Position numbers and translations under genes: made by a program. Under the pieces are notes generated by a model. That model saw nothing but the letters and a program-made list of their open reading frames with translations. It was not told where the DNA came from and ran no database searches. From Eledone cirrhosa (lineage: Eukaryota): 64,000 nt of DNA. This document shows positions 1 to 13,200 of this stretch, one piece after another. Where the stretch lies: the NCBI GenBank assembly GCA_964016885.1, contig OZ024741.1:65782001-65846000 (forward strand). The letters are read 5' to 3'. How positions within the stretch are numbered: position 1 is the stretch's first letter; every line of letters starts with the position of its first letter.

Positions 1-333
1 CAACTATATAATAACGATAGGAAAACCAAATAAATAAAAAGTTTGATACTTCTAAAGTTCCAAATTTTTAAAACTTATTCGTGATGATATATGAAAGAAA
101 TATTAGTTTCTTTAGACAAGGCAGAAGGTCGAATTTATTGAGGTTGGCTTATTGTTTACCTTAGTATTATACTGGTATATATTTATGGAATTCTATGGAG
201 CAATGACAAAAAAAGGTTGATCAGTTGTAGAAAACTGTGAAAGTAATGCATTGCATCCAGTCCTGTATTCTTAACCATACACCTATATATCAATAGGAAG
301 AGACAAAATAAATCATCCAACCATCTCAAACAG

Positions 334-2280
334 GTGACAAAAAAGGCAGTGCTTCAATTTGAGCAACGCATAGCAACCAGCCCTGACAGTAAGGTGTTCT
401 GGAAGTATGTTCACCCAAAGCAGAGGCCTCACTCTCCAGTTGGTCCTCTTCGCAATCCCCACACAAGCCAGATTACTGACGACCCCAAGGAATGTGCAGA
501 ACTCATTGCTGAATGCTATGCAGGCATTTTCCCTATAGAAGACCAGAGTGTACCTTCTCCACCACCTATGACACCGGATTCTATTACAACTATGGAATTT
601 ACACCTGCAATGCTACGTCACCTTAAAAATAAACGCAACCATGCCTCTCCTGGTCTTGATGGTGTTACGTACCTGCTTCTCAAATGTGATGGGTACTTCC
701 TTCTGCACCAGCTATCACGCTTCTTCCAATTCTGTCTGAACAACGGTGTTACTCCAGAACAGTGGAAAACTGCCAGTGTCATTCCTCTATTCATAAAGGG
801 TGACCGCACATCACCTGTGAACTATTGTCCAGTCAGTCTTACTAGCTGCATTGCCAAACTGATGGAATCCTGTGTCAGAGAAACACTTTGGCTCTTCTGG
901 AACTCTCAGTCTTATCCAGCCCTCGCATTTGGATTTATCCCTAATTCCAGCTGCTGTGATCAACTTATCGAGTTTCTTGAAAACATCACCCGGATCACTG
1001 ATGGCGGCTCATGGGTGGATGTTGTTTACCTTGACTTTGCTAAAGCTTTCAATTCTGTGCCACACAAAAGGCTTATGGGAAAACTCTCTGCAATGGGTGT
1101 GAAGGATGATCTTTTTAACTGGTTGAAGTCCTTCATTCTCAGTCGAAGAGAGGTAGTCACAGTTCTAGGACAGCATTCCTCACCATATGAGATGTAATCT
1201 GGTGTACCACAGGGATCTGTTCTTGGTCCCCTTTTGTTTGTGGTATATATTAATGACATAGATGCCAACTTAAAGAATGCCACAGTTCTGAAATATGTAG
1301 ATGACATCAAGCTGTACCTTGAGATAAAAAGGACAGATCCTGAACAATATAGATCTTGCCTGCAATCTGACCTGGACACAATGCAACAATGGATCACAGA
1401 CTGGCAACTTAAGCTGGCTGTGGACAAGTGTACCACCATGCATTTTGGGAGTAAAAACCCAGCGTCCACATACTCCCTCCACAAAACTAACATCAAGAAG
1501 TCTTCTTGTGAACGTGACCTGGGCATTATTGTCAGCAGCGATTTGCGTTGGACGAAGTACGTCTTTAAAATTGTCAAGAAGGCCGAGGGTGTCTTAGCAT
1601 CATTCAGCAAGACCTTTGTCAGCCGCTCTCCAACTATCTATTTAAAGCTGTACATAGCTATGGTGCGGCCACACTTAGAATTTGCATCACCAGTCTGGAA
1701 CCCCTATCTTGCTCAAACATTGACCGCCTGGAAACTTCAGAGATGTGCAACCCAGCAAATACCCTCCATCAGGCATCTACCATACTCTGAACGCCTTGCT
1801 TCCCTGGGCATGGATATATTGAAGCTCCGACGTCTGGCAACTGACTTGGTAAACACCCACAAAATTATTACCCATCTTGCCAACAACAACCCAGAGTACC
1901 TTTTTGATTTCCATGTGTCTAACACACATGGGCATGCCCACAAAGTCAGAAAACAGCATAGTTCCCATGACTTTCGGAAACATTTTTTCACGCTCAGAGT
2001 TGCTGAAACATGGAACAAACTCCCTGCATCAGTTGTTAGCTGTCGAGACACTGCATCCTTTAAAACCTCCATGCTTCCTGAGATTCGCCAACACTACACC
2101 TAATATTCCCCCGCCATACACACACACACACACACACATGTATATCATGACTCATACACTATTCACTTCCCTGACATCTGTATATTATTCTATGTACTAT
2201 ACATGCACCTTTGACGAGTTGTAGTGCACCTGAGCACTTTACACAATAATTTCATTATTATTATTATTATTATTATTATA
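334..2280 (+). mobile_element. 5'-truncated CR1-clade LINE (RT pseudogene, 3' UTR, (ATT)n tail)
   Basis: ORFs 334-1197 and 1234-2103 are one frame split by TAA at 1195-1197. Motifs VYLDFAKAFNSVPH, SGVPQGSVLGP, YVDD, ERDLGIIVS, VRPHLEFASPVWNP and FFTLRVAETWNKLP are typical of CR1 ORF2. Ends in (ATT)n at about 2255-2280. Confidence 0.9.
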
Positions 2281-2340
2281 CATAGAACTAAAGCAAAACA
2301 CTAGCTCTTAAAAAGATCTTCATATTTAAGAGTTTCATAA

Positions 2341-2378
<38 letters not shown>

Positions 2379-2453
2379 AAAAAGTAAACGGAAACAGCAA
2401 ACAGTACTGTGAAGAAAAATATTAGTATGACGTTTGATATAATAAGAAAAGAG

Positions 2454-2489
2454 TCACTACGTTTTGGACACTAGTCCTTCATCAGATGA
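2454..2489 (-). ncRNA. Degenerate minimal type I hammerhead motif in a probable Penelope terminal-repeat fragment (~2378-2570)
   Basis: Minus strand reads tcat CTGATGA a-ggac tagt gtcc AAAA cgt a gtga. Stems I and II and palindromic ACGT stem III are present, but GAAA reads AAAA. Confidence 0.45.
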
Positions 2490-2568
2490 TAGAACGAAAA
2501 ATAAAAGATGCAATAGAAAGACAGAAAATGAGAAGAGGAAGGAAGGGGGAGAAAAAGCATGCGTGGGG

Positions 2569-2633
<65 letters not shown>

Positions 2634-2635
<2 letters not shown>

Positions 2636-2972
2636 AGGCACATGGCTTAGTGGTTAGAGCATTGGCCTTGCAATCGAAAGGTTGTGAGTTCAATTCTCAG
2701 ACTGGGTGATGTGTTGTTTCCTTGAGCAAGACACTTTATTTCACATTGCTCCAATTTACTCAGCTGTAGAAATGAGATGATAGGGACTGGGGTCCCTATC
2801 ATTCCACTGCAAAGTGGTTGTGGAGGTGCCACGGCAAAAAAGCACCCACCACTCACTGTAAATGAGGTTGGTGTTAGGAAGGGCATCCAGCTGTAGAAAT
2901 CAAGCCAGAGTCAGTTCCCGTCCCACCCTTGCAAGCAGGGAAAAGCGGACGTTAAATGATGATGATGATGAT
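2634..2972 (+). mobile_element. tRNA-derived SINE family A (CORE-like body, RTE-like tail)
   Basis: A box TGGCTTAGTGG, B box GAGTTCAATTC, body ccttgagcaagacactttatttcacattgctcc...ctgtagaaatgag, and (GAT)n tail. Near-identical copies at 9478-9816 (-) and 46400-46665 (+); an internally deleted copy follows at 2978-3090. Confidence 0.85.
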
Positions 2973-3133
2973 AATATGGAGGCACATGGCTTAGTGGTTA
3001 GAGCATTGGGCTTGCAATCGAAAGGTTGTGAGTTCAATTCTCAGACCGGGTGATGTGTTGTTTCCTTGAAAAGCGAACGTAAAATGATGATATATATATA
3101 TACACACACAGAGAAAATGTTTCAAAAGCCTAC

Positions 3134-3242
3134 CTTCTTTTCCTTTTTTCTCCCGCTCAAGTGCAGATTCAATGTAAAACAAGTAACTCTTTATGGCCTG
3201 TTGCCGTCGGTTTTGGTTCATAGAGAAGTTCATATCTTCAGC
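3134..3242 (-). CDS. NOSTRIN: NOSTRIN-like exon: [36 protein letters not shown] (HR1 start)
   Basis: ttttatttcaag acceptor, gtaggc donor, 109 nt, phase 0/1. Confidence 0.8.
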
Positions 3243-5704
3243 CTTGAAATAAAATGAAACAAAGATGTAAGTTAAAGCGTTCATAAATAACAAAGTACAT
3301 TACTGAACAATATGGTGTTATTCAGACAAAAGAAAGTTAGTTTAAGTACACATCTCACCATACAGTATATAAACTAATATACTATGCATATATATATATA
3401 TGTACATATTGTGTCTTATAGTGAAAATTATATAAGCACAAATATGGCTGAGTGGTTAAGGAATTTGCTTCTCAACCATCTAGCTCTGAGTTTAATAATC
3501 TCGTTATGTCTTCTACTATATGGAAGCCATGATTAAAACACACAATACACTACAACAATATTTTTTAAAAAGTCCTATAACTTCTTGTGGAGTCGTAGAG
3601 TCACCGTCATACGGTGTATCTTGGGCACTTTTAAACCTGGCGGAGCCGAACCCTCTCCAAGTCTATAGAGGAAAAATCGACCCCAGTATTGTACTAGTAC
3701 TTTTTTATGGACCTTGAAAGGATGAAAGGTAAAGTTGACCACAGCAGGATTTGAACTCGGAGCGTGCATGAGGTGGGACGAATACCGTAAAGCATTCTAT
3801 CCGAGGTCTTAACGACTCTACCAATTCACCACCTACAACAATTGATACAAGCAAATGCTCCAACAAAATCTAAGACATTCAGTTTAGTATGGAAATTAAT
3901 AACAAAAGAAAAAAAACCCAAATCGTTTGATATGAATACTTACGTAACAATCAAACAAAATCTGATGGGGTTGTGGTGGTCCTGTTCCTCTCTCTTTCAT
4001 CACATTTTTCAAATCTTCTTTTAAGTCTACTTGGTTAACAGCTTTATCCAAATTAACATAAGCCTGGAAGTATAAAAAAATACACTTTCTATCTATTTAT
4101 CTACACACACGTACAGGGTGCGGACGATATTTGTTCGCAATTTTCAACTGCTAATTTTATGCAAATTTTTTTTACTTCCGTTGTCACTCTTGTCTTCATA
4201 AAAACAGTGACTATATTTCCATTATTTATTTTCAGAATAATTGATTATGAATAATTTTGAACCTGCAAATTTGTGCAAGAGACACGGAGTTCTTCTTGGA
4301 ATCCGCGCCAGGAGGACAAATAAGACCAGAAGATCAACTCCCAGAACAACAGGTGGCTCGCTGTCTCATCCAAAGACGTGCCCAAAGTCATGCAGACAAA
4401 AAAGTTTCCAGCGACAACATTGGTCTTAGGTGACGTCATGCCACCTCACTTCTTCCCTGAGGGCCTCAAGCTGAACACCGATGGCTACATCCACGTTCTG
4501 AGTGAGGTAGTAAAGCCCTGGATAGACCAGGTAGCTGCAGGTAGGCCGTACGTGTGGCAGCAAGACTCAGCGACCTGCCATACCAGCCGAAAGACCCAAG
4601 CCTGGCTCTCAGAGAACTTTGTCGACCACACTTCACCAGACATCTGGCCTCCCAGCTCGCTTGACTGCAACCCCCTCGACTTCTTTGTGTGGGGCGCAGT
4701 GGAACGAGACACCAACATATCTAGCTGCAATACGAAAGACGATCTGAAGGCCAGGATCACAAGTGCCTTTAGGGGCCTAAGTCGGGGGACAGTGACGAAG
4801 GCCTGTAGCTGGTTCCAAGGCCGCCTTGAGGCCGTCATCAAAGCTAATGGCGGGTTTATCGAGTGAGATCGAAAGAGCAAGTCATGAAGACAAACTGACC
4901 CAAGTTTGATAAATAAATCTTAAAAAATAAAACTAATGTGTTATTTTTTCCTAGACAGTAATCTTGCAAACAAATATCGTCCACACCCTGTATATATATA
5001 TATATATATATATATATCCATCCCATGCGAATCATTTCTGGTCTTTATCTAACCATTCTAATTCTTAATACCAGGAAGAACACCATATTGTCTATGCTGG
5101 CAAATTACCTCTCAATTACACCTCAAATCAGCTAAAGGAGTTGTTTAGCACATGAGGTCCGTCCTGTGGACACCTAACTAACACACACACAGATATATAA
5201 ATATATTAAACTTAAAGACTTTGGTTACGAATGGCCATGGAATTTGCACCTAGAAAGCCCTCCTCAATGGCACAAGTCTAGGCAAGGTTGTTTGTGGAAG
5301 ACCAGCAGTCAGCCATACATACCAGTCTCCCTTCTCCACACCACCGATGTTGTCTAAGGGAAAGGCAATGGCTGACACAGCTTGGCATTAGTGGTGTCGC
5401 AACACATTTCTACAGCTGAGTGAACTGGAGCAATATGAAATAAAATATTTTGCTCAAGAGCACAACACATTACCCAGTCTGAGAATCAAACTCACAACCT
5501 CATGATTGCAAGCCCAATGCTCTAACCCCCTAAGCCATACTATGCCTTCACACACACACACGCACATATATAAGCACCCAAAACCACAAAGACATACAGT
5601 AAACAGCTGATGAGCAGGAAATCTCCATGCATCTGTCTTCATCATTTGTTCCACGTGTTAATTTTGGACTTAACCTCCCCCTCCCACATGTATGTATATA
5701 TATA

Positions 5705-5786
<82 letters not shown>

Positions 5787-7260
5787 CTAGCAGCAGTACC
5801 CAGTGTTGCCTGGGTAGGTAAAATAATATCTGCTTTGATGAAAAGGTGTTGATCTTAGCGACTGCTTCTCGATGACTCATCTATGGCCACACACAGGCCA
5901 TTCGGAGGAGGGTGGTGATGACCTCTATCAATGAGAAATGCGGGTGACTGACGAAGAGGCATGCTGGGGGAGGGAGGTAATGACCTCTAACACTAAGCCA
6001 AATTTCCTCACGCTACTTGATTGGAAACTGATGAATTCTCAAATACACAACTAAAAGCTCAGACGACGTCAGTGGCCATCGTTTTGCTTTTGACCATCTA
6101 TAAGATGTGCAATAATAGATTCTATCATAGTATAAAAGTTGAACCAAATAAATTGATTTATGTGAGGTGGAGCCGAAGTTTCGAATTTGAACAAAATCGG
6201 TTGAAAAATATGGGCGCTAGAGCCGAAAAGGCGGAAATTTGAGCAAAAAGGTGGTATTTTTGAATATATTTTAGCGGCTGCCACGCTGTTCCTGAACAAA
6301 AATTCCAAAATGTAAAGCCACTTTAAGACGTGAAATAATCAGATCTAACGTAGTGTAAAATTTGAACAAAGTAGGTTGATTAATGTGGGAGCTAGAGCTG
6401 AAAAAGTGGAAATTTGAGTCTAAAAGTGGTATGTTTGAATATTTAAGCGGCTGCCACGCCGTCCCTGAACAACAAATGCAAAATATAAAGCCATTACAGG
6501 ATGTGCAATGATAAATTCTACTTTGCTTTAAAATTTGAACGAAATCAGTAGCAAAATGTGGGAGCTAGAGCCAAAAATCTTATTTTTTGATACCTAAAAA
6601 CAGGTGACAAAGCTTTTAACAAACACATACAACATAATAATAATAACTAGTTAAGTTAAAGCAAAATTCTTCAATGACTGGTATGTATATAATTCAGTAG
6701 TCAACAAAAGCCAAATACTAGGTGTAATGTTACCCCGAGAAAAATATGTCACATTTAGGACACAGTTAAGTATTTCCTCTCACAATAACCTAATATACAT
6801 TGACTTTACTGAATTCTTTCCAATTCAGACACAAAGAAGTTTCATATAATTCAAATAATTACATAGTACATAGAACCCATACAACAGTTTGGTACCACAG
6901 ATATAATAGTTATGGTATAATAGGTCATCTACAGCACTCACCATAAAATGCCAACAGATGTGTGTATGTGTATGCTTGTATCTGTACACACACAGACACA
7001 TGTACTTATAATATATATTGGCAGTGTTATTAACATAGAATGATTTATAACAGGGGTATATATAATAATTGTTTCTTGTCTATACTTTTGGTACAAGGCT
7101 AGCAATTATCCAGTGCATTACTGGTACTTTATTTTATCGACCCCGTAAGGATGAAAGGCAAAGTTAACCTCGGCGGGACTTGAACTCAGAATGGAAAGGA
7201 CCATAACTCTATGCGTTAAAGCATGGCATCCGACCCTTTACCGATACTGCCAATCCACCG

Positions 7261-7295
<35 letters not shown>

Positions 7296-10200
7296 GTTTC
7301 TACTTTTGGCACAAGGCCAGCAATTACCCAGTACATTACTGGTACTTTATTTTATCGACCTCGTAAATAATAATGAAAATTATTGTGTACAGTGCTCAGA
7401 TGCACTCATCAAAGGTGCATGTACAGTACATAGAATATGTACAAATGTCAGGAAAGTGAACAGTGTATGAGTCATGAAATACACACAGATACATGCATGC
7501 GTGTGTATGGAGGGGAAATATCAGGTGTAGTGTTGGCGAATTTCAGGAAGCATGGAAGTTTTGAAGAATGCAGTGTCCGAAACAGCTAACAAGTGATCCA
7601 GGTAGTTTGTTCCATGTTTCAACAACTCTGAGTGTGAAAAAATGTTTCTGAAAGTCATGGGAGCTGTGATACAATATGTTTACATATAAGTCCTGCTTAT
7701 ACTGTTTTAACTGGTTACATCACATCTATCTCAGTATATAAGCTATAGTTTATTCTAGTCTCAGTACTGAGTGAGTAAACATCACTGATGATGGATTAAA
7801 AAATCCTAAAACACTAGTGCCTGGCTTTCTCACATAGCTACTGAAATGGCGCTGGCATGATCACAGCTTAAAACTGTCATAGCAAGACTCACATATGTTT
7901 ATTATATGTAAACATACATGTAAATAGGCGGTGGATTGGCAGTATCGGTAGAGAGTCGGACACCATGCTTTGAAGCATAGAGTTACATCCCTTTATGATC
8001 TGAGTTCAAATCCCGCCAAGGTTAACTTTACCTTTCATCCTTACGGGGTCAATAAAATAAAGTACCAGTAATACACTGGGTGATTGCTGGCCTTGTGCTA
8101 AAAGTAGAAACAATTATATGTAAACATACTGAATACATCTTGGCTCAAAACTATAGTGTAAATATAAGTTGGTGAGAGGGGATGCAGATGATAGGGAAAC
8201 ATGGAAAAGCTTGCCATGGGGCTCACAATGCCAACATCTGATGGCCTTAAATGTTTCTTGTTTTTGCTGTCTATAACAGTCAAATCTCCCTCAAATCACA
8301 CTGTACACTTATAAAAGACAATATAGTTTTAGATATACAAAAAGATAAGATGGTCATGGCTGGAATGTGTTTGATAATGGTGTGCCAGTTCAGTGCTGAC
8401 CTAGGGCTAAACAACAGCAACTCATGTCAGCATAGAAGTATGGATACTAATGATGATGAATTGTATTTTAAATGAATTTTCTAGAAATTTTCTTTAATGT
8501 GGAATTTATTCTTAAACATATGGTATCCTTGATATAAGCATATTACCATATATACTTGAATATAAGCCGACCTCACTATTTTATGTCGGAGAAATGGGTA
8601 AAAATCCTCATCTTTTTTACGTTCAATTTGAAGTCAATTATTGACCCCAAATATCAGTTGCCCCTCACCCCCGGCCACCCCATTTTAATTTGGTCACATA
8701 TTCTTCGGCCTGCATTTGAGTATATATGGTAAGTAACATGTAACTTATATTGAAGACTTATAGACAAACCTTACCTGAACTATTGGTAGTTCCTGCTATA
8801 TACAGTAGAATGGAACTAAGTAATTGAGGTAACTGAAACATTTACTCTGATCCACTGAGGTATTTGAGGTCTTGCTATGATAACATTACCTGAGGCAATC
8901 AAACATATTTCTAACATGCTATATCTATATCAGGCTAGAACTTTTCCAAAACAGATGTGATCATCATAGATAAAAAAAAAAATTGTTATCTCTGCTGACA
9001 AAACTAACCTGAGACAACTGGGGGCCTTGCTGTGATATATTGGTGTTAAAGACCTTTAGAAGTTCTTGCATCTTGTTGATGCGGTCCTCTTCTATAACTT
9101 GCATCTGTGCAGCACCCTGTTTGAAAACATTAAAACAAAACAGTTAGTATTTTCCCCATGAGAAATTACTATTGAGGTTTGTACAGCTATGGAGTATATA
9201 ATCAAACAATTTGTATTGAACTCTTAACATCCTGTAATGATTTAGTAAAAATCTAAAAATGGACGTTCTTAATTCAAATGTTTGTATTATCTTTACCAGT
9301 GGACAGACTTTTGTGAAAATTTCCTGTAAACTAAAGACAATTTTTAATGTGATGCAATCAGTGCTGATTTATACTTTTCAAGAATATCTTGCAGTCCTCC
9401 ATAATGGATTGGCAATCTTTTATAGTGGACACAACATAGCATTTCCTTGGACCACAGCTCTTCTTGGTGAACTGGACATCATCATCATCATCATTTTACG
9501 TCCACTTTTCCCTGCTTGCAAGGGTGGGACGGGAACTGATTCTGGCTTGATTTCTACAGCTGGATGCCCTTCCTAACACCAACCTCATTTACAGTGAGTG
9601 CTGGGTGCTTTTTGCCGTGGCACCTACACGACCACTTTGCAGTGGAATGATAGGGACTCCAGTCCCTATCATCTCATTTCTACAGCTGAGTAAACTGGAG
9701 CAATGTGAAATAAAGTGTCTTGCTCAAGGAAACAACACATCACCCGGTCTGAGAATTGAACTTACAACCTTTCGATTGCAAGCCCAATGCTCTAATCACT
9801 AAGCCAAGTGCCTCCATGGACAGTACTTTATAATTCAAAATCTGAAAGTCCACCCACTAAAAAAAATTAATGCTAGAGAGTGTATATGTGACATAGTTAG
9901 AAGAGAGAGAGAGAGAGTTAGGGATAGATAGATAGATAGATAGATATAGAGAGAGAAAAACAATGAAGAATTGTTGTCATTGTAAGGTTTACCTTTAATA
10001 TACTGAGATCCCATTCTTGTCTAGCTCCTTCTGCCTTTTGACATGCTTCACTGTATTCCTTATCACACTTCTGTACCACATCATATTGTTGCCGACACTT
10101 CTTCTCCAGCTGATGAAACACAGATAATAAAATAAATAATTAACCCTTTTGATGACAAATCCCCTGAAACAGAACATTGGTTCTATGATTCTAAGCTGTT

Positions 10201-13200
10201 TCTTTTAACCCTTTAGCATTTACATTACTCTATATTTACTATTGTATTTTCACAGTAAAGGCTTTACCACACATAATTAACTCACATAATATTGAATCTA
10301 CGAGATTTTAATGTTATTTATTTTGAGAACAATACCTTAATGTAGGTATGAGCAGGTTTAAACAGAAAGAGGCGAGAGAGTTCTGGCCAGATATAGCTGG
10401 TTTAAATGCTAAAAGGTTAACCCTTTCAATACCAACTTGCTTGAAACCAACCTCATATAATGATGTAAAAACTGCTCATTTTAAAATGTTCATACTTATA
10501 TTATAAAACCTTCCTTCATAATTTTATTTACTGTATATATTAGAATATAAGCCAATCCCCCTCCACACACACACACATGCATGTCTGTATGTATATCATG
10601 AGTTGTACACTGTTCACTTTCCTGACATTTGTACATTATTCTATGTACTATACATGCACCTTTGATGAGTTGTAGTGCACCTGAGCACTGTACACAATCA
10701 TTTTCATGATTATTTTATTATAAGCCTTTTTTATGTCTGAGAAATGGGCAAAAATCAAAACCCTATTTATAAGCCGACACACTGTTTAGATGGCATATAT
10801 AAGGCGACCCCCACCCCTCCATTTTACCATCAACTTTTTGGTCATATTCCTCAGCTCATATTCAAGTTTATACAGTAAGACATTTTTGTTAAAAAATGTT
10901 CCAAACATCAGCTTATTAATGAAAAGGTTAGCTATATTATTAAATTTCTTACAAGGCACAGGGTCAACCCAAGGTTATAGTAGATAATACTTGCCCAAAG
11001 TGCCATGCTGCAGGACTGAACAAAAAAATCTTATTATTTGCAAAGTGAAGTCCATAAGCCCCCAGCAATGCCATGCCTACATGCATGTGTGTGTATATAC
11101 ATATATGTATGTATGCATAGATATATATATATACATATATATATATTTACACATAAACTATTATTACTATTGCTGCACCGCTTATAGAATTGTGTGTGTT
11201 CACAATAGGTTTGACAAAGTGGCATCATTGTGACTGGGTGGAGTTAAAATGTTGGATAATTGACCAAATGATCAGGAGTTCAATACTTTGGTAGAAAGAA
11301 AGCTGTTATGTTATGCCTGCCAGTTAAAGATTGTGTTAATTTCTTTACATTGTTTTGTTCTAATCTACTAACTGAAAACAACTACCATTTGCTATTTTAT
11401 TAGTAACACTACTTTCACAGCAGGAAGTCAGGAAGATATCCAGCTGTGAAAATATTTACTCAAACAAATTACAAGAAATATTTTAATTTAGGGTGAAAAA
11501 AAAATTAAGCAAGCATGAAATCTCTCTCTCTCTCATATATATGTGCATGCACGTATGTGTGTGCCTATGTTGAGCATCTACAATGCAAGGACTGGAAATA
11601 CCATAAATTCGATGCATGTTGAGATGCATAATGGGTATAGTGAAGAGGTCACCATAGGGATTTCTACCTATTTACTATATATATATTATTGTTACTCAAC
11701 ACAGTTGCTTGCTACTTAAGGTCCTTCTCTGGAAATACCATAAGATAACTTTATGGCCAATACAGGGGCTAGCTTTGAAAGCTTAGGTAACAAGCAACTG
11801 TGTTGAGTAACATTAATAATATTTCAGCTTTAGATAGAGCAATCTTTTCCCTTCATCCAGTCTATGAGTAACTCTTGACACTACACACACACACATATAT
11901 ATATATTTATTTCCATAAGGTGCAGCAAAAGTAATACCCTTTTTATATTTATTAATAAATAAACAAAAGCATTACTTTTGCTGCACACTGTATATATAGA
12001 TATATATATCTCATCATATACATACACACACAAACACGTGAGATCTGTTGAAAAAGTATCCAACTTTATTTTTGCCATATGATGTAATACTGTTAGAGAG
12101 ACAACATTGGTGTGCATGCATGGTGTTTGGCAAGCTGGCTGGATGTATCAGATGGCCAGCATGTCAGGTCTTATACAACTTACATCACATTTTCATTTTG
12201 CCCAACACTGCCAACTAGGATATTGTGATAACTACAGATGAGACATGGTTGCATGTGAATGACCTGGAAACTAAAATTGAGGCATCACAGTAGGAGCATC
12301 TACTGTCACCCAGACCCAACAAAGTATGTTGGATCAACATCATCATCGTTTAACATTCATTTTCAATACTAGCATGGTTAGGGCAGGCTGTCCCTTTGTG
12401 AGACTGTGTCTCATTCATATATAACTGATTCTGGCTAGGTTTCTACTGCTGGATGCCCTTCCTAATGTCAACCACATTTACAGTGTGTGCTGGGTACTTT
12501 TTGTTGTGACACCTACATGACCCCTTTACAGTGCGGACTGAGCACTTTTGTTGTCATGGAGCAAAATCAAGGTGATGCAGACTGTTTTCTTTGACTACCA
12601 ATGTGTTGTGCATCAGGAATATGAACCAAAAGGATAATTAGTTACAAAGGAATACTATCAGGACATAACAATCATACATAATTTCTTTGCTTGAAACATA
12701 ATAACAACTGTACTTACTTTAGTTATATCTCGTTCTGTGTATTTTCCTTTGATAGCCCTAGCTTCTGCAAGCTGTTCTTCAAATTTTTCTAAATCTCTTG
12801 ACATACTAAAAGCATTCTTTTTGGTCTGAAAACATAAAGACAGAAACATTAATTTTTGGAAAGATAGAAAATGGGAAGCAGTTGATTGTGAGGGAATACA
12901 CTATAATACTTAGTTTAGTTTTGCTTTCAAAATTCTCTGGGTTGGCTTTGCTCTTCATCCCTCTGAAGTGAATGGAATGGACCTTTGTTGGGTTCAAAGA
13001 TGAGCATTGCAGTTGTTTGATCAACTAGGATTTGTTTCAACATGCTGACGTATATGTGTGTGCGTATGTGCAAATGCATACATTTATATGTATGAGTATA
13101 TAAATATAAACACGCAAACACAGACACACTTACAAAAATACACTCACAGACATACATTCACACAAACACACACACATACATTTACACATACTCACACACA

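Noticed and set aside
2634-2706. tRNA gene
   Set aside because: A and B boxes are present, but the sequence runs into a multi-copy SINE body; it is a SINE head, not a tRNA.
5600-5650. CTGATGA followed by a hairpin (possible hammerhead)
   Set aside because: No GAAA or stem III after stem II.
7778-7822. CTGATGA-tggatt/aatcct-AAAA hammerhead-like string
   Set aside because: Core G is missing and there is no consistent stem I or cleavage triplet.
8775-8795. Possible 18/21-nt minus-strand exon (QELPIVQ) with gtaag donor
   Set aside because: Weak polypyrimidine tract, and the flanking exons already join into a continuous F-BAR sequence.
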